Origin: Candidatus Poseidoniaceae archaeon
Lineage (GTDB): Archaea > Thermoplasmatota > Poseidoniia > Poseidoniales > Poseidoniaceae
DNA: 35,407 nt
Assembly (NCBI GenBank): GCA_030741455.1
Contig: JASLVI010000001.1
Location: forward strand, 1 to 35,407
Direction: 5' to 3'
Shown: in pieces, positions 8,565-18,033 of the stretch
How the letters are laid out: every line of letters begins with the position of its first letter
Position numbering within the stretch: position 1 is the stretch's first letter
Position numbers and translations under genes: made by a program
Notes under the pieces: model-generated
Databases searched by the model: none
Told to the model about the DNA's origin: nothing
What the model saw: the letters and a program-made list of their open reading frames with translations, nothing else

Positions 8565-9017
8565 ATGAGCGAGTGGAAGCGTCTAGCCTTAACGGAAGAC
8601 AAGGAAGAGAAGCCAGAGGAAGGGGATTTCTCCTCAGCACCTCAATTGTTGCATCAAGAATTCCATGAAGAAGCACATCATTTGCACGAGGTACGGGCGA
8701 TGCATACCCATGTTCTCGTACAAGCAGGAATGCTTCCTGAAACCCATCTTGCAGAGGTTGACCCTTCTCAGCGGTTAGATTGGATCTTGCAAGAATTGCA
8801 TGGTATGCGTGATCCAGATGGCCTCACCATCCCATTGAAAGGTGTTTCATTCGAAGATGTTGAAGTCAACATCATGAGCAATGATTCAGAGACCAGCATA
8901 AAACTCACAATCCATGAGAACGGACATCAGCCGTTTGAACGCGTCCTCCCCCTCATGGGAGAAGATCTTGACGTTCAGGCTCATTTTGTCAATGGCCAAC
9001 TACGTCTTCGATGGTGA
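8565..9017 (+). CDS. Hypothetical protein with a His-rich N-terminal segment and a possible alpha-crystallin (Hsp20)-like C-terminal domain
   Basis: A strong SD, AGGAGGAG, sits 6 nt upstream. The segment HQEFHEEAHHLHEVRAMHTH has 7 His in 20 aa. The C-terminus LTIPLKGVSFEDVEVNI....IKLTI.....PFERVLPL...LDVQAHFVNGQLRLRW follows the ACD pattern (..ED+.V.+..L.I....F.R...LP.......A.+.NG.L.+). Confidence 0.4.
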   Translation: MSEWKRLALTEDKEEKPEEGDFSSAPQLLHQEFHEEAHHLHEVRAMHTHVLVQAGMLPETHLAEVDPSQRLDWILQELHGMRDPDGLTIPLKGVSFEDVEVNIMSNDSETSIKLTIHENGHQPFERVLPLMGEDLDVQAHFVNGQLRLRW

Positions 9018-9021
9018 GTCC

Positions 9022-12000
9022 TCAGTATTTCTTGTAACTGAGTTCCGTGATCATCTTGTCCAATGCTCCTTGTGCGGATTGTTGGTGTGATGGTCCCAAT
9101 TCTTCACGGCTATATCGAGCCATTTCGAACATGTTATCCAATGATTCGAGAGCTTCATCACTGATACCAGGAGTTGCTTGACGAATCGCTACTTCGAATT
9201 CACGAACCGTCTCAAAGTCACGTCGGAGGAGACCGCGCGTCTGCAATGTCGAACAAAGATTTTGATAACAGTTGAAGATGGATTCACGGATTGCATCACC
9301 AGCAGCAAGAAGTTCAGCAGTGTATTCGAAGACTTCCGTCATCTCTGAAAGCAACTCATTTTGTCGGTTCCGCCGATACATGACTGTTCCAAGAGCAACC
9401 GCAGCAGCAATGAAGATTAACGCAACATAGGTCCATGGACTGACTTCAGAAGCTTCTGCTTCAAATTCATATTCGGGTGCAAAACCAGCATCTCGTACAC
9501 TATCAAATTCAGCAATTGTGCGATCGGAGAGTCGTGGGTCATTGATGATGATCTTGAGACTTACTCGTCCATATTCCGAGTAATCACCGTACTGAGTTCC
9601 GTCCCTGTTAAACGCGAAATCAACAACACCATTTTCATCTGTCGAGTATTGTTTGCCTTCGCCAAGTTGAGAGCCATTTCCAGCATACAGATAGACTTGA
9701 ACAATAATTCCGGGAAGGCCTGTTTTGCTATCTTCAGCAATGATTGTAACTTGTCCATCTACATTCTCATCTACATTTTCTTCAATTGCATCAATTTCAA
9801 CCTCAATATCTGCATTCACCTTGATGTACACTACATGTGCTTGCGAAGCGCCATTGGTGTAGAGAGCAGTATCACGTGGAACATCAAGACTGATGAACCG
9901 AGCACCAGGTTGCATCGTTTCCGGTGAGACTGCATCAATTGAGAAGTTGCCAACGTCCCAGTCAACAGTAACTCGCTCGAAACAAACCGCTCCTTCGAAA
10001 TTGTTGATGCAATTGGAACCATTTCCAACATAGACGACGAGGTTTTCAAAGACCTCGCCAATACCGCCTACCTCTGCAACACTACCCGTCAATCGAATCG
10101 GGTTGGTTTCATCAGAACGTACAGTTTCAGGAGATGAGGTTGAATCAATGGTGATGACAATGTCCGCCCAAACCGTCACCGTACCATCTGCAAGTGTGCT
10201 GAGATGCTCCTGTGTACCTTCAAACACGACCTGGATGGTATGGCCATTTCCTCGTTCGAGATCCATTTGAGCATAGACTTGGCCTTCGAAGGTTCCATCG
10301 CTTGCCGTAGTGAGTGTCTCAATGTAGACGCCATCGAGATAAACAAGCACGTTCTCACCTGCAATTCCATCCTGATCAACTGTATCAATGTCATAGAGAC
10401 GTCCTTGGAAGGTCCAGAAGTCTCCTCGAGTAGCATCAGTACCATCATTGAATTCAAGTGTCATAGCAGAACGATGTGCAAGGAAGAAGGTCTGATTTGC
10501 AGACCCTTCTCGATAATAGCCTTGAGCAATGGAATTCGCTTCGAGCAAGTTATCACCGAAGTTAAACAAATCTTGGACCGTCCATTCATAGGAATAGGTT
10601 CCATCTGCACCGGTTGTGACCTGAGCGAGAACAAATCCATCGACCTTAAGTTCTACAATATGTCCCTCGATTGGTTGTAATTGGTTGTCAAGTACGCTTC
10701 CAGTAATGGTCGTCGTATCCGTAACTGCAAGAGGTGATGGAATCGAAACAGAGACCAAGATTTGGCTGAAAACAGTCCATGTTCCACTCGCTTCACTCGG
10801 CAGGTAAAACACGGTTCCATTGAATTTCGTATCCAATGAAACTGGACCTAGAGCTGCATCTGCAGGAACGGGTATAACCGCTGTAAACAAACCAGTTTCA
10901 TCGGTTGAAACATTGGTCATCCAAATTCCATTGAGGTAGATATCAATGCTTTGTTCAAACAATGGGTTATCGACAACATCCAACAGTCGACCTTGAACAG
11001 TCATTGTCTCCTCACGGTTGACTTCGCCAGTTGGTGTGATCAAGAGGATTTGTGTTGGAACACTTACATTGAAATCAACGCTTGCACTGCTCGGCAAGTA
11101 AAATTCTGGATCAACAGAATCACCAATTCCAACAGGATCAACCCAATCTCTGCCGCCTGTAAATCGAACTTCAACCATGTGTGCGCCAGAAGTGGTAGAT
11201 TCAGGGACCGAGTAGGAGATGGAATATGCACCCGTGAGTGCATCGCTCTGCACGCTTGCAACCGGCACGCCATCAATGAACAGGCGAACGATGGCAACAG
11301 ATGGAACACCATCAACGTACAAGGGCATACCGAGATCGTCGAGTAGCGTTCCATTCACGTAGATCATTTCTCCTGCGACAAGTGATTCTGTGTGCTCGAG
11401 AATGGTCATATTTGTTTCAGCAAGCGTCACAAATTCTGTCGAAGTATTGTACCCAGAAACACCTGTTGTCCCACTGATTCCATCGTAAGAGACGAGTACA
11501 TCGCTGAACCCAATCGATGCGTTGAACGGAACCAGAAGACTTGCGTTTGCAGTTCCATTCGCAAACGTATTCACTGAAACAGACACTTCATCGGTCGAGT
11601 TCGTAGCAGGTAATGAGAACGTTACTTGTTGCCCAGCAAGGGGTTGGCCCAAGTTATCTTCAAGCCTGATTCGAACATCGAGCATGGTGCCACGCTCTGT
11701 ACGATCGTTCAACGAAGGTTGGCCGAGTGAATCCAAGGATGGTTTCAAGAACGTAATCACAGAGAAGCCACGACTGTCAAAGGTTGAGTTGTTCTTTGAA
11801 CCAATGTAGAAGTTCACTGTTGGCACAAGCGATGCTTCCAAAACGTGCGAGCCTCGCTCAAAGCCTGGTGTGAGCGTGATAACTGCTGTCCAGAAGCCAC
11901 CTGATTGAACGGAACCGTTGCTTACTGCAAATCCAGTCGGAAGGTCATTGATTGTAAACAGAACATTGGAAATCAATGTTGAGCCATCACGGTTCTCGAG

Positions 12001-15000
12001 GCCACTTCCATTATCGGAAACAACACGTCCAGAGACGTTGAAACTCGATCCTGCAACTGGATTTTCTGTGATTTGGTCTACGACCATGAAGGTAAGCGAG
12101 CGTACAGTTACACTGCTGAGGTTCGCTTGTGTAGGTAGAAGGTCTGAACTTCCATTGTAGTAATAACTCACAACAATCAAACCGAGTGGATGCGTAAATG
12201 GAACGGTGAACGATGTGTTCGCAGTTCCTGAACCATCTGTTGTGACAGATGGTAACCACGTTTCATGGAATTTCGTCGTCACCTCTCGGCTACCAAGCGG
12301 TTGGAAATTGAAACTCGATTCGACCAATGTCGCACTCAAATTAACCGTTTCACCACGATTGATCAGAACCGGATTTCCAGGTTGTAATCCTTCAAGTTGC
12401 GTCACACCAAAGACAAAGATTGCAGAGGAGACGTTGGATGGTAGATAATACGGAGAGGAATCTTCCAGTACTTCGACAACCAGTGTTCGTGGTCCACGAA
12501 CCGTTCCGTTGTTGGATGTATCCGTTGGTACTGTGAGGTTGAAACTACCATTCGAGAGTGTTGGAACTCCAGAACGTAGAAGTTCTTCTGGGTTGGATTG
12601 CCAATAGACGTCAAGACGCACACCAGAAATCAAAGATCTGGCAGGATCATCATTGTCAAGGATTTGCCCCTGCATGTTGAATGGAACACCCGCTGTAATG
12701 GTCGATGGCAATACATCGATTCGAATATCGGTCGGAACTTGGACCGTGACGTCAACAAACGTACTGTTGCCAGTTCGGCGACTGTTGCCGATAGCAAGCG
12801 GGTCCGTTAAATCATCAACGACCAACATCTGAAGAACATAGTCACCTGGTGCAAGCGTGGACGTAGCCCATGTGAATGTAGCATTGCCTTCCGCATCCGT
12901 CACTGCAGTACCGAGCGATTGGTTTGAATTACCATAATCCCAGATGTATTCGACGGTCACATCAGAAATGTTCGATTTATCTGCAACATCAAACACGGTA
13001 GTGTTGAATAACACCTGATCACCCGAAACAAACTCTATCGCACTCCGTTCTTCTTCAAGAAGGAATTCAGATTCAATTCCAATCGTCAAACTTGGTAAGA
13101 CAGGCGGATTCGGTGGCGTTGATGAATCAACAACACGATAGTATGATCCACCTGGTGGAGCCATTGCTTCAAAGTTAAAGTCAACGTTCACTTGGTATCC
13201 ATTCGATGGAAGTGTTGTCGGCATAACAACCGAGAGGTTGAACGCACCTGTTGCATTATCGAGCATACCATTGGCGAGATCGATTGGGAAACCATCTGCA
13301 TCAAGCATGATCATCGAAATGACCGTATCGTTACCTAACACGGCTTCATTTGTGTACTGAGCATCGAATATATCTCCAACGATGTAAGTCATGTTTCCGA
13401 GATGTGTCCAATCTTGTAGTACGGTCAAATTCCAACCAATCTCAGCTTGGACTCGTATCGATTCTGATGCAGTACCTGGCTGGTACAAATCTGAACCGTT
13501 GTATTGGATATCAAACACATAGTCGTTTGGCCGAAGGCTTGAATCAAGTTGCCATGACAACGTAATCAGCGATGAATCCGGATCTGATGTTGTGTTCACC
13601 CATCTATTATTGAAAGTGAATGAATAATCACCTGGAACTGCTAAGCCGACTTCAACACCCATATGATCTGAAATTTGGACGAGGATATTGGTTGGTTCAC
13701 CTCTCAGCTGAGGTGTTGCAATCACTTCGAAATTGAGTATACCAACCAGAGCAAACGGATCACCCGTGCTTAGGTTTGCATCATCTGTAGATTCGTAGAG
13801 ATCAGGATAGAATCGCAAACGTACCTCAAGGATACCTGCAGCAACGTTGACATCGGTCGCATTGAGGAAGTGTTGAACACTGAACGCACCGTTGACGGAG
13901 ACATTGAAAATTTCAGTCCACTCGCCTCCGCTGTTGTTTTCTCGCATCGAGAATGAGAGGTTTCCAGACATACCAACCGGAGATGCCCCGATTGTGAGCG
14001 CAGTTCCATTGACCCAAATATCATCGTTGAGAAGGAGAAGACTCGAGTTTACACCAGGGCCTTCAAGTGTAGCGGTCAGGTTTGGTGCATCACGAATGTC
14101 CAGCGTGAAGGATTTCTGAACTGGACGAAGATGATGCGTTGGACCTGTGATTCCATCCTCAGTTTGCAACCAACCGTCGTAACCGAGTGTAGCGCTGACG
14201 TTGGTTTTGGTCTCTAACTCATCCAACGTAAGTTCGAAGGACCACGTCCCTGATGGACTGACCTGGGTTGTCAAGTTTTGTGCACCATCAACAGAGGACG
14301 TAAACGAAAGCCAAACCGTTGAATTGACAACCAACGAAGCATCGACGAATGGTTGTTGCTCATATCCAATGAATCCCTCAATGGTCGTTGTTGCACCTGC
14401 TCCAACGATTGGTGCATCGATGGCACCGGGCGATGTGTGGTTGAGTGTTGCATCATCTGTGACGTTCATCCACCATGAATTCGCAGGACCTGCAACGGTT
14501 GAGTTCGCAGTGAGTATTGTTTGGCCTGAAACATATCCTTTCTGCTCGACTTCGATCATGATGGCGCCAAATCCTGGTTCGATCATTTCGACAGGAGCAC
14601 CTTCGATGGTAAAGAACCCGTTCGAATCGGTCACGTTGACCTCAAGAAGGCGTTCTGGCGTGTTCAATCCACCCACACCATCGAATGCAGGAACCAATGG
14701 AACAAGATATGCACGCACAATGTGTTGTTCGATTGCAGTTTGGTTTTCAAGGAAAACAAGATTTCCGCTGATGGTGACATTCCCATCCGAACCATCTCGG
14801 TCGAAATTCGTCGGAGAGTAGAGGACATTACGGACATCGAGTTCCGCCGCATCTGGACATGGGTCAAATGGAACCCAGCCAAAGTCCAATCCGCCTGCTG
14901 AAGATGATTGTTGAATTCGGACTTCAGCCCAAGTTCGGAGATGCTGAGCACCTACTGCGTAACCATTTCCAGTCCAGTCACCGCCCTTGAATCCGCTCAC

Positions 15001-17979
15001 CAATCGAGCAGGCAGGCCGATGACACGTGCCATTGTCACGTACGTTGTTGCGAATTCAGCGCATGTACCTTCATTCGCTACTTCAAGCATGAACTGTGCC
15101 AAGTCTTCACCGTCGACAAGTCCAGAACCATCGAAGTTAAGCTTGTATTCTGTGCTCGCATTTCCGTCTTTCAGATAGGTTTGCAAAGCAAGTGCCTGAT
15201 CGTAGGCATTGACGGCAGATGCGTCATTAATGACAGCACTTGTAATGTTGAATACAACAGAGCGAGAATCGCTCAGATCAGTGTAATAGGACGGCAGAGC
15301 CGTCTCATATGGGAAGCCTTGTCCGGCAATACTTGTACTTGCGAGAGTACTCCAATCGAAATAATACTCTGGCTGTTGAACAACGATCTCTTCGACAAAT
15401 CCTCCTTCAACTTCGTATCGATGCGTGTCGTTGGTTCTCGAGAGAACGACCGCAGAATCCGCCCAGAAAGAGACATTCGTCGTCGAGGCAGGAAGGGGTA
15501 ACGCTCCTTCACCAACAGGGAAATTGTAACTGATTTGCCACGTGATTGTATCGTTCGCGAAACTTGTACTTGCCATGTGTGTGAGATTCGTAAATGGAGG
15601 TATGACCTCCTCACCGGGATGAACTGCATTGTCGTGCGTGTATGAATTCCCAGTTGGAATATCATTGGTGTATTTTCGCCAGTACTTTTCGATGTCGAGA
15701 TCGACAACACCCGTTGTATTGTTCGCCCAGAAGATGACATCGTTTTGAGGAAGATCATCGGTCGGATCGAACAAATTGAACGGAGCACCTACACAATTGA
15801 AGAACCAAAATTGCTGAGGACATTCTGCACCATCGAGCATTCCCCCACCATCGGTATCGGGATTACGCCAATCTGAACCCGTAGCGTTCTCAACTGCATC
15901 AGGAATGCCATCATTATCAAAATCGTCAGGAAGAATATCGTCAGAAGGATCATTTTCTGGATTTGTACTATCGAAGTATTCGGTTCGATCGTCAACTCCT
16001 CCGCTATCTGTGTCGACCGACTGATAGTCCGTGACCCAAATGTCGGTCGAACCGTTGGTAATTCCAATGAAAGCAAGGTTGCAACCCGTTGTATTCTCAA
16101 AGTAGGAGTTGATTCCATCACCATCTGGATCAAGGGTATTGAAACATGGCTCAGTTGGATCTGTGTTGTCAAACACTTCGTCGTAATCGTTGACACCATC
16201 ACCATCGGTATCTGCTAGTGTAGGGTTGGAAAACCATCCATAGGTGCCGAGCAGTTCCTCCCAGTTTGCCAAACCATCACCATCGCTGTCCGTGAAGTCA
16301 TCGTCACAGTACGTACGTGTTGTTCCAATCGTACCATCCTGGTTTGCTGCAGTATGACAGAATGAACCGTTTCTGCTCTCGATGGACGTTGGAGTTCCAC
16401 TCGGTGAGGGATTGACCCCAAGCAATGCATTGCTGGTCAAAGATATCGCAAGATACGTGAACGTTGTATAAGTCCCTGAATTGTTGTAGTACCCAACTCC
16501 ACCACTTGGATTGAATCCACTTGCATCGGCAAGGAAGAGTTGGTTTGCTGTACTAAAGGAAACAAATGTGGTTGCAAAATTGACCAATGAATCACACGGA
16601 TCTGTCCCATGGCTAACGTTTCGCTCGTCGCCATCGTTTACTCCGCCAAAGTCAGTATCTGCGACATTCCATTCTGTGCAAGTAAGATTCTCTTCCCAAT
16701 TTTGAATTCCGTCGTTGTCTTCATCACCTGAGTCTTCTCTACGCGTTGGATCCGTTTCACCAGGATCGACGAGGCCGTTTCCATTCGCATCTTCATCACC
16801 ATCGTCGAACGCATCGCCATCCGTATTGTTGTCACGCGGGTCTGATGCTTGTGCAGGGTTTCCATATGCTCCGTTGATCTCGATGCCATCAGGAATTCCA
16901 TCGCTATCTGTATCCGAACTTGTTGGATCTGTCAACAACGTCAACGCCTCGTAGGAATCGTTCAAGCCGTCATTGTCGGTGTCACTGTCTTGTGGGTTTG
17001 TTGAAGTAATGCCGTCGACTTCTGCGGTAAGTGTAGCACATGCACCAGGACCAATGCCTTGTACAGGGTCACATGGAGATACTGTTTCAGTAGGGACTCC
17101 GTCTGGGCCAGGGCGGAAACAAGGAACTCCACCGCAGTTCGTAGTCCATGAAGGGTTCACATATTCCATGAGGTTGATCAATCCATCTCCGTCGGGGTCA
17201 CCATTTGCTCCATCAGCATTTGATGCACTTGTTGCATTGAGACCGTTTGCAGCTTCCCAACCGTCAGGCATTCCATCGCCATCGGTATCCCATCCATTCG
17301 GGTCTTCATCGGAAACACCATCGCCATCGTCATCGTTTGATGAACAATCTGCATCGCCATCATTGTCGGAATCTGAACCGTCAACCTGTCCATCTTTGTC
17401 ATCGTCAAATCCATTCGCACAGACGTTTCCTACAGGGTCCTCATCGCAGAGGATGGTGTTGCCTTGACCATCACTCCCAGTATCACCACAGAGTGGTTGG
17501 TTAAATTGCATGGAATCTTCTTCGTTCCAATCGTTAACAGGAATGGTCCCGTTCCACCAAACACCGTTGTCCAAAACACCAGTAGTAGCAGGATTGTCCC
17601 AATTTGAGGGTTGAAGGTAGGAATATTCCTGGAGATTTGACATTCCATCACCATCAGGATCGCCAACGGCTCCATCTCCACCTGTTGCAGACAATGGGTC
17701 AAGACCGTACTTCCACTCCCAACCATCTGGAAGACCGTCATTGTCAGAATCCCAATCGGTTGCTGCCGTATTGATGAGATATTCGAGACCATATGTTAGC
17801 CCATCACCATCCAAATCGGATGCCGCACTCACCTCTTCAGTGACAAAATCGATTGCCGTTAGTGTTGAAAGAACCATTAAGGCAACCAAAAAGATAGACT
17901 GCGCAACAGTTCGCCGTTGTGAACGGTCGAGTTTCATTGCGCCAGAAGGACCAACTTTCAGCGTTTCCGCATCAATCAT
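9022..17979 (-). CDS. Giant (2985 aa) membrane-anchored surface protein. Domain order is N-terminal TM, TSP3-like Ca-binding repeats, transglutaminase-like Cys-His-Asp core, a long Ig-like/carboxypeptidase-regulatory-like beta-sandwich array, C-terminal TM, and a DUF4129-like tail.
   Basis: The 8958-nt ORF is uninterrupted. The N-terminal anchor is RRTVAQSIFLVALMVLSTLTAIDFV. At least 14 DxDxDGxxDxxE units (e.g. DSDNDGLPDGWE, DTDGDGVNDYDE) span about 15820-17817. The core reads EGTCAEFATTYVTMARVIGLPARLVSGF...AQHLRTWAEV...GWVPFDPCP. There are many modules of the type GxxxDxxGxPxxGxxV......TDxxGxF. The TM helix is WTYVALIFIAAAVALGTVMY followed by RRNR. The tail has ...TVREFE...LDNMFEMARYSREEL, typical of DUF4129. 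Confidence 0.88.
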   Translation of the reverse strand: MIDAETLKVGPSGAMKLDRSQRRTVAQSIFLVALMVLSTLTAIDFVTEEVSAASDLDGDGLTYGLEYLINTAATDWDSDNDGLPDGWEWKYGLDPLSATGGDGAVGDPDGDGMSNLQEYSYLQPSNWDNPATTGVLDNGVWWNGTIPVNDWNEEDSMQFNQPLCGDTGSDGQGNTILCDEDPVGNVCANGFDDDKDGQVDGSDSDNDGDADCSSNDDDGDGVSDEDPNGWDTDGDGMPDGWEAANGLNATSASNADGANGDPDGDGLINLMEYVNPSWTTNCGGVPCFRPGPDGVPTETVSPCDPVQGIGPGACATLTAEVDGITSTNPQDSDTDNDGLNDSYEALTLLTDPTSSDTDSDGIPDGIEINGAYGNPAQASDPRDNNTDGDAFDDGDEDANGNGLVDPGETDPTRREDSGDEDNDGIQNWEENLTCTEWNVADTDFGGVNDGDERNVSHGTDPCDSLVNFATTFVSFSTANQLFLADASGFNPSGGVGYYNNSGTYTTFTYLAISLTSNALLGVNPSPSGTPTSIESRNGSFCHTAANQDGTIGTTRTYCDDDFTDSDGDGLANWEELLGTYGWFSNPTLADTDGDGVNDYDEVFDNTDPTEPCFNTLDPDGDGINSYFENTTGCNLAFIGITNGSTDIWVTDYQSVDTDSGGVDDRTEYFDSTNPENDPSDDILPDDFDNDGIPDAVENATGSDWRNPDTDGGGMLDGAECPQQFWFFNCVGAPFNLFDPTDDLPQNDVIFWANNTTGVVDLDIEKYWRKYTNDIPTGNSYTHDNAVHPGEEVIPPFTNLTHMASTSFANDTITWQISYNFPVGEGALPLPASTTNVSFWADSAVVLSRTNDTHRYEVEGGFVEEIVVQQPEYYFDWSTLASTSIAGQGFPYETALPSYYTDLSDSRSVVFNITSAVINDASAVNAYDQALALQTYLKDGNASTEYKLNFDGSGLVDGEDLAQFMLEVANEGTCAEFATTYVTMARVIGLPARLVSGFKGGDWTGNGYAVGAQHLRTWAEVRIQQSSSAGGLDFGWVPFDPCPDAAELDVRNVLYSPTNFDRDGSDGNVTISGNLVFLENQTAIEQHIVRAYLVPLVPAFDGVGGLNTPERLLEVNVTDSNGFFTIEGAPVEMIEPGFGAIMIEVEQKGYVSGQTILTANSTVAGPANSWWMNVTDDATLNHTSPGAIDAPIVGAGATTTIEGFIGYEQQPFVDASLVVNSTVWLSFTSSVDGAQNLTTQVSPSGTWSFELTLDELETKTNVSATLGYDGWLQTEDGITGPTHHLRPVQKSFTLDIRDAPNLTATLEGPGVNSSLLLLNDDIWVNGTALTIGASPVGMSGNLSFSMRENNSGGEWTEIFNVSVNGAFSVQHFLNATDVNVAAGILEVRLRFYPDLYESTDDANLSTGDPFALVGILNFEVIATPQLRGEPTNILVQISDHMGVEVGLAVPGDYSFTFNNRWVNTTSDPDSSLITLSWQLDSSLRPNDYVFDIQYNGSDLYQPGTASESIRVQAEIGWNLTVLQDWTHLGNMTYIVGDIFDAQYTNEAVLGNDTVISMIMLDADGFPIDLANGMLDNATGAFNLSVVMPTTLPSNGYQVNVDFNFEAMAPPGGSYYRVVDSSTPPNPPVLPSLTIGIESEFLLEEERSAIEFVSGDQVLFNTTVFDVADKSNISDVTVEYIWDYGNSNQSLGTAVTDAEGNATFTWATSTLAPGDYVLQMLVVDDLTDPLAIGNSRRTGNSTFVDVTVQVPTDIRIDVLPSTITAGVPFNMQGQILDNDDPARSLISGVRLDVYWQSNPEELLRSGVPTLSNGSFNLTVPTDTSNNGTVRGPRTLVVEVLEDSSPYYLPSNVSSAIFVFGVTQLEGLQPGNPVLINRGETVNLSATLVESSFNFQPLGSREVTTKFHETWLPSVTTDGSGTANTSFTVPFTHPLGLIVVSYYYNGSSDLLPTQANLSSVTVRSLTFMVVDQITENPVAGSSFNVSGRVVSDNGSGLENRDGSTLISNVLFTINDLPTGFAVSNGSVQSGGFWTAVITLTPGFERGSHVLEASLVPTVNFYIGSKNNSTFDSRGFSVITFLKPSLDSLGQPSLNDRTERGTMLDVRIRLEDNLGQPLAGQQVTFSLPATNSTDEVSVSVNTFANGTANASLLVPFNASIGFSDVLVSYDGISGTTGVSGYNTSTEFVTLAETNMTILEHTESLVAGEMIYVNGTLLDDLGMPLYVDGVPSVAIVRLFIDGVPVASVQSDALTGAYSISYSVPESTTSGAHMVEVRFTGGRDWVDPVGIGDSVDPEFYLPSSASVDFNVSVPTQILLITPTGEVNREETMTVQGRLLDVVDNPLFEQSIDIYLNGIWMTNVSTDETGLFTAVIPVPADAALGPVSLDTKFNGTVFYLPSEASGTWTVFSQILVSVSIPSPLAVTDTTTITGSVLDNQLQPIEGHIVELKVDGFVLAQVTTGADGTYSYEWTVQDLFNFGDNLLEANSIAQGYYREGSANQTFFLAHRSAMTLEFNDGTDATRGDFWTFQGRLYDIDTVDQDGIAGENVLVYLDGVYIETLTTASDGTFEGQVYAQMDLERGNGHTIQVVFEGTQEHLSTLADGTVTVWADIVITIDSTSSPETVRSDETNPIRLTGSVAEVGGIGEVFENLVVYVGNGSNCINNFEGAVCFERVTVDWDVGNFSIDAVSPETMQPGARFISLDVPRDTALYTNGASQAHVVYIKVNADIEVEIDAIEENVDENVDGQVTIIAEDSKTGLPGIIVQVYLYAGNGSQLGEGKQYSTDENGVVDFAFNRDGTQYGDYSEYGRVSLKIIINDPRLSDRTIAEFDSVRDAGFAPEYEFEAEASEVSPWTYVALIFIAAAVALGTVMYRRNRQNELLSEMTEVFEYTAELLAAGDAIRESIFNCYQNLCSTLQTRGLLRRDFETVREFEVAIRQATPGISDEALESLDNMFEMARYSREELGPSHQQSAQGALDKMITELSYKKY

Positions 17980-18033
17980 GGTTTATGCTCGTCCCAATAG
18001 CACATAAGGGAAATGGTGCGTTGTTCATACAAA

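Noticed and set aside
9561-17792. Many 60-206 aa ORFs inside or antisense to the giant gene, e.g. 14201-14821 (+), 14908-15501 (+), 16973-17467 (+), 10204-10680 (+), 15273-15788 (-).
   Set aside because: All are nested in an uninterrupted 8958-nt ORF with recognisable domains. Their translations are low-complexity Ser/Pro/Arg-rich, and I noticed no convincing RBS or promoter context. They are the expected by-product of a very long gene with biased composition.
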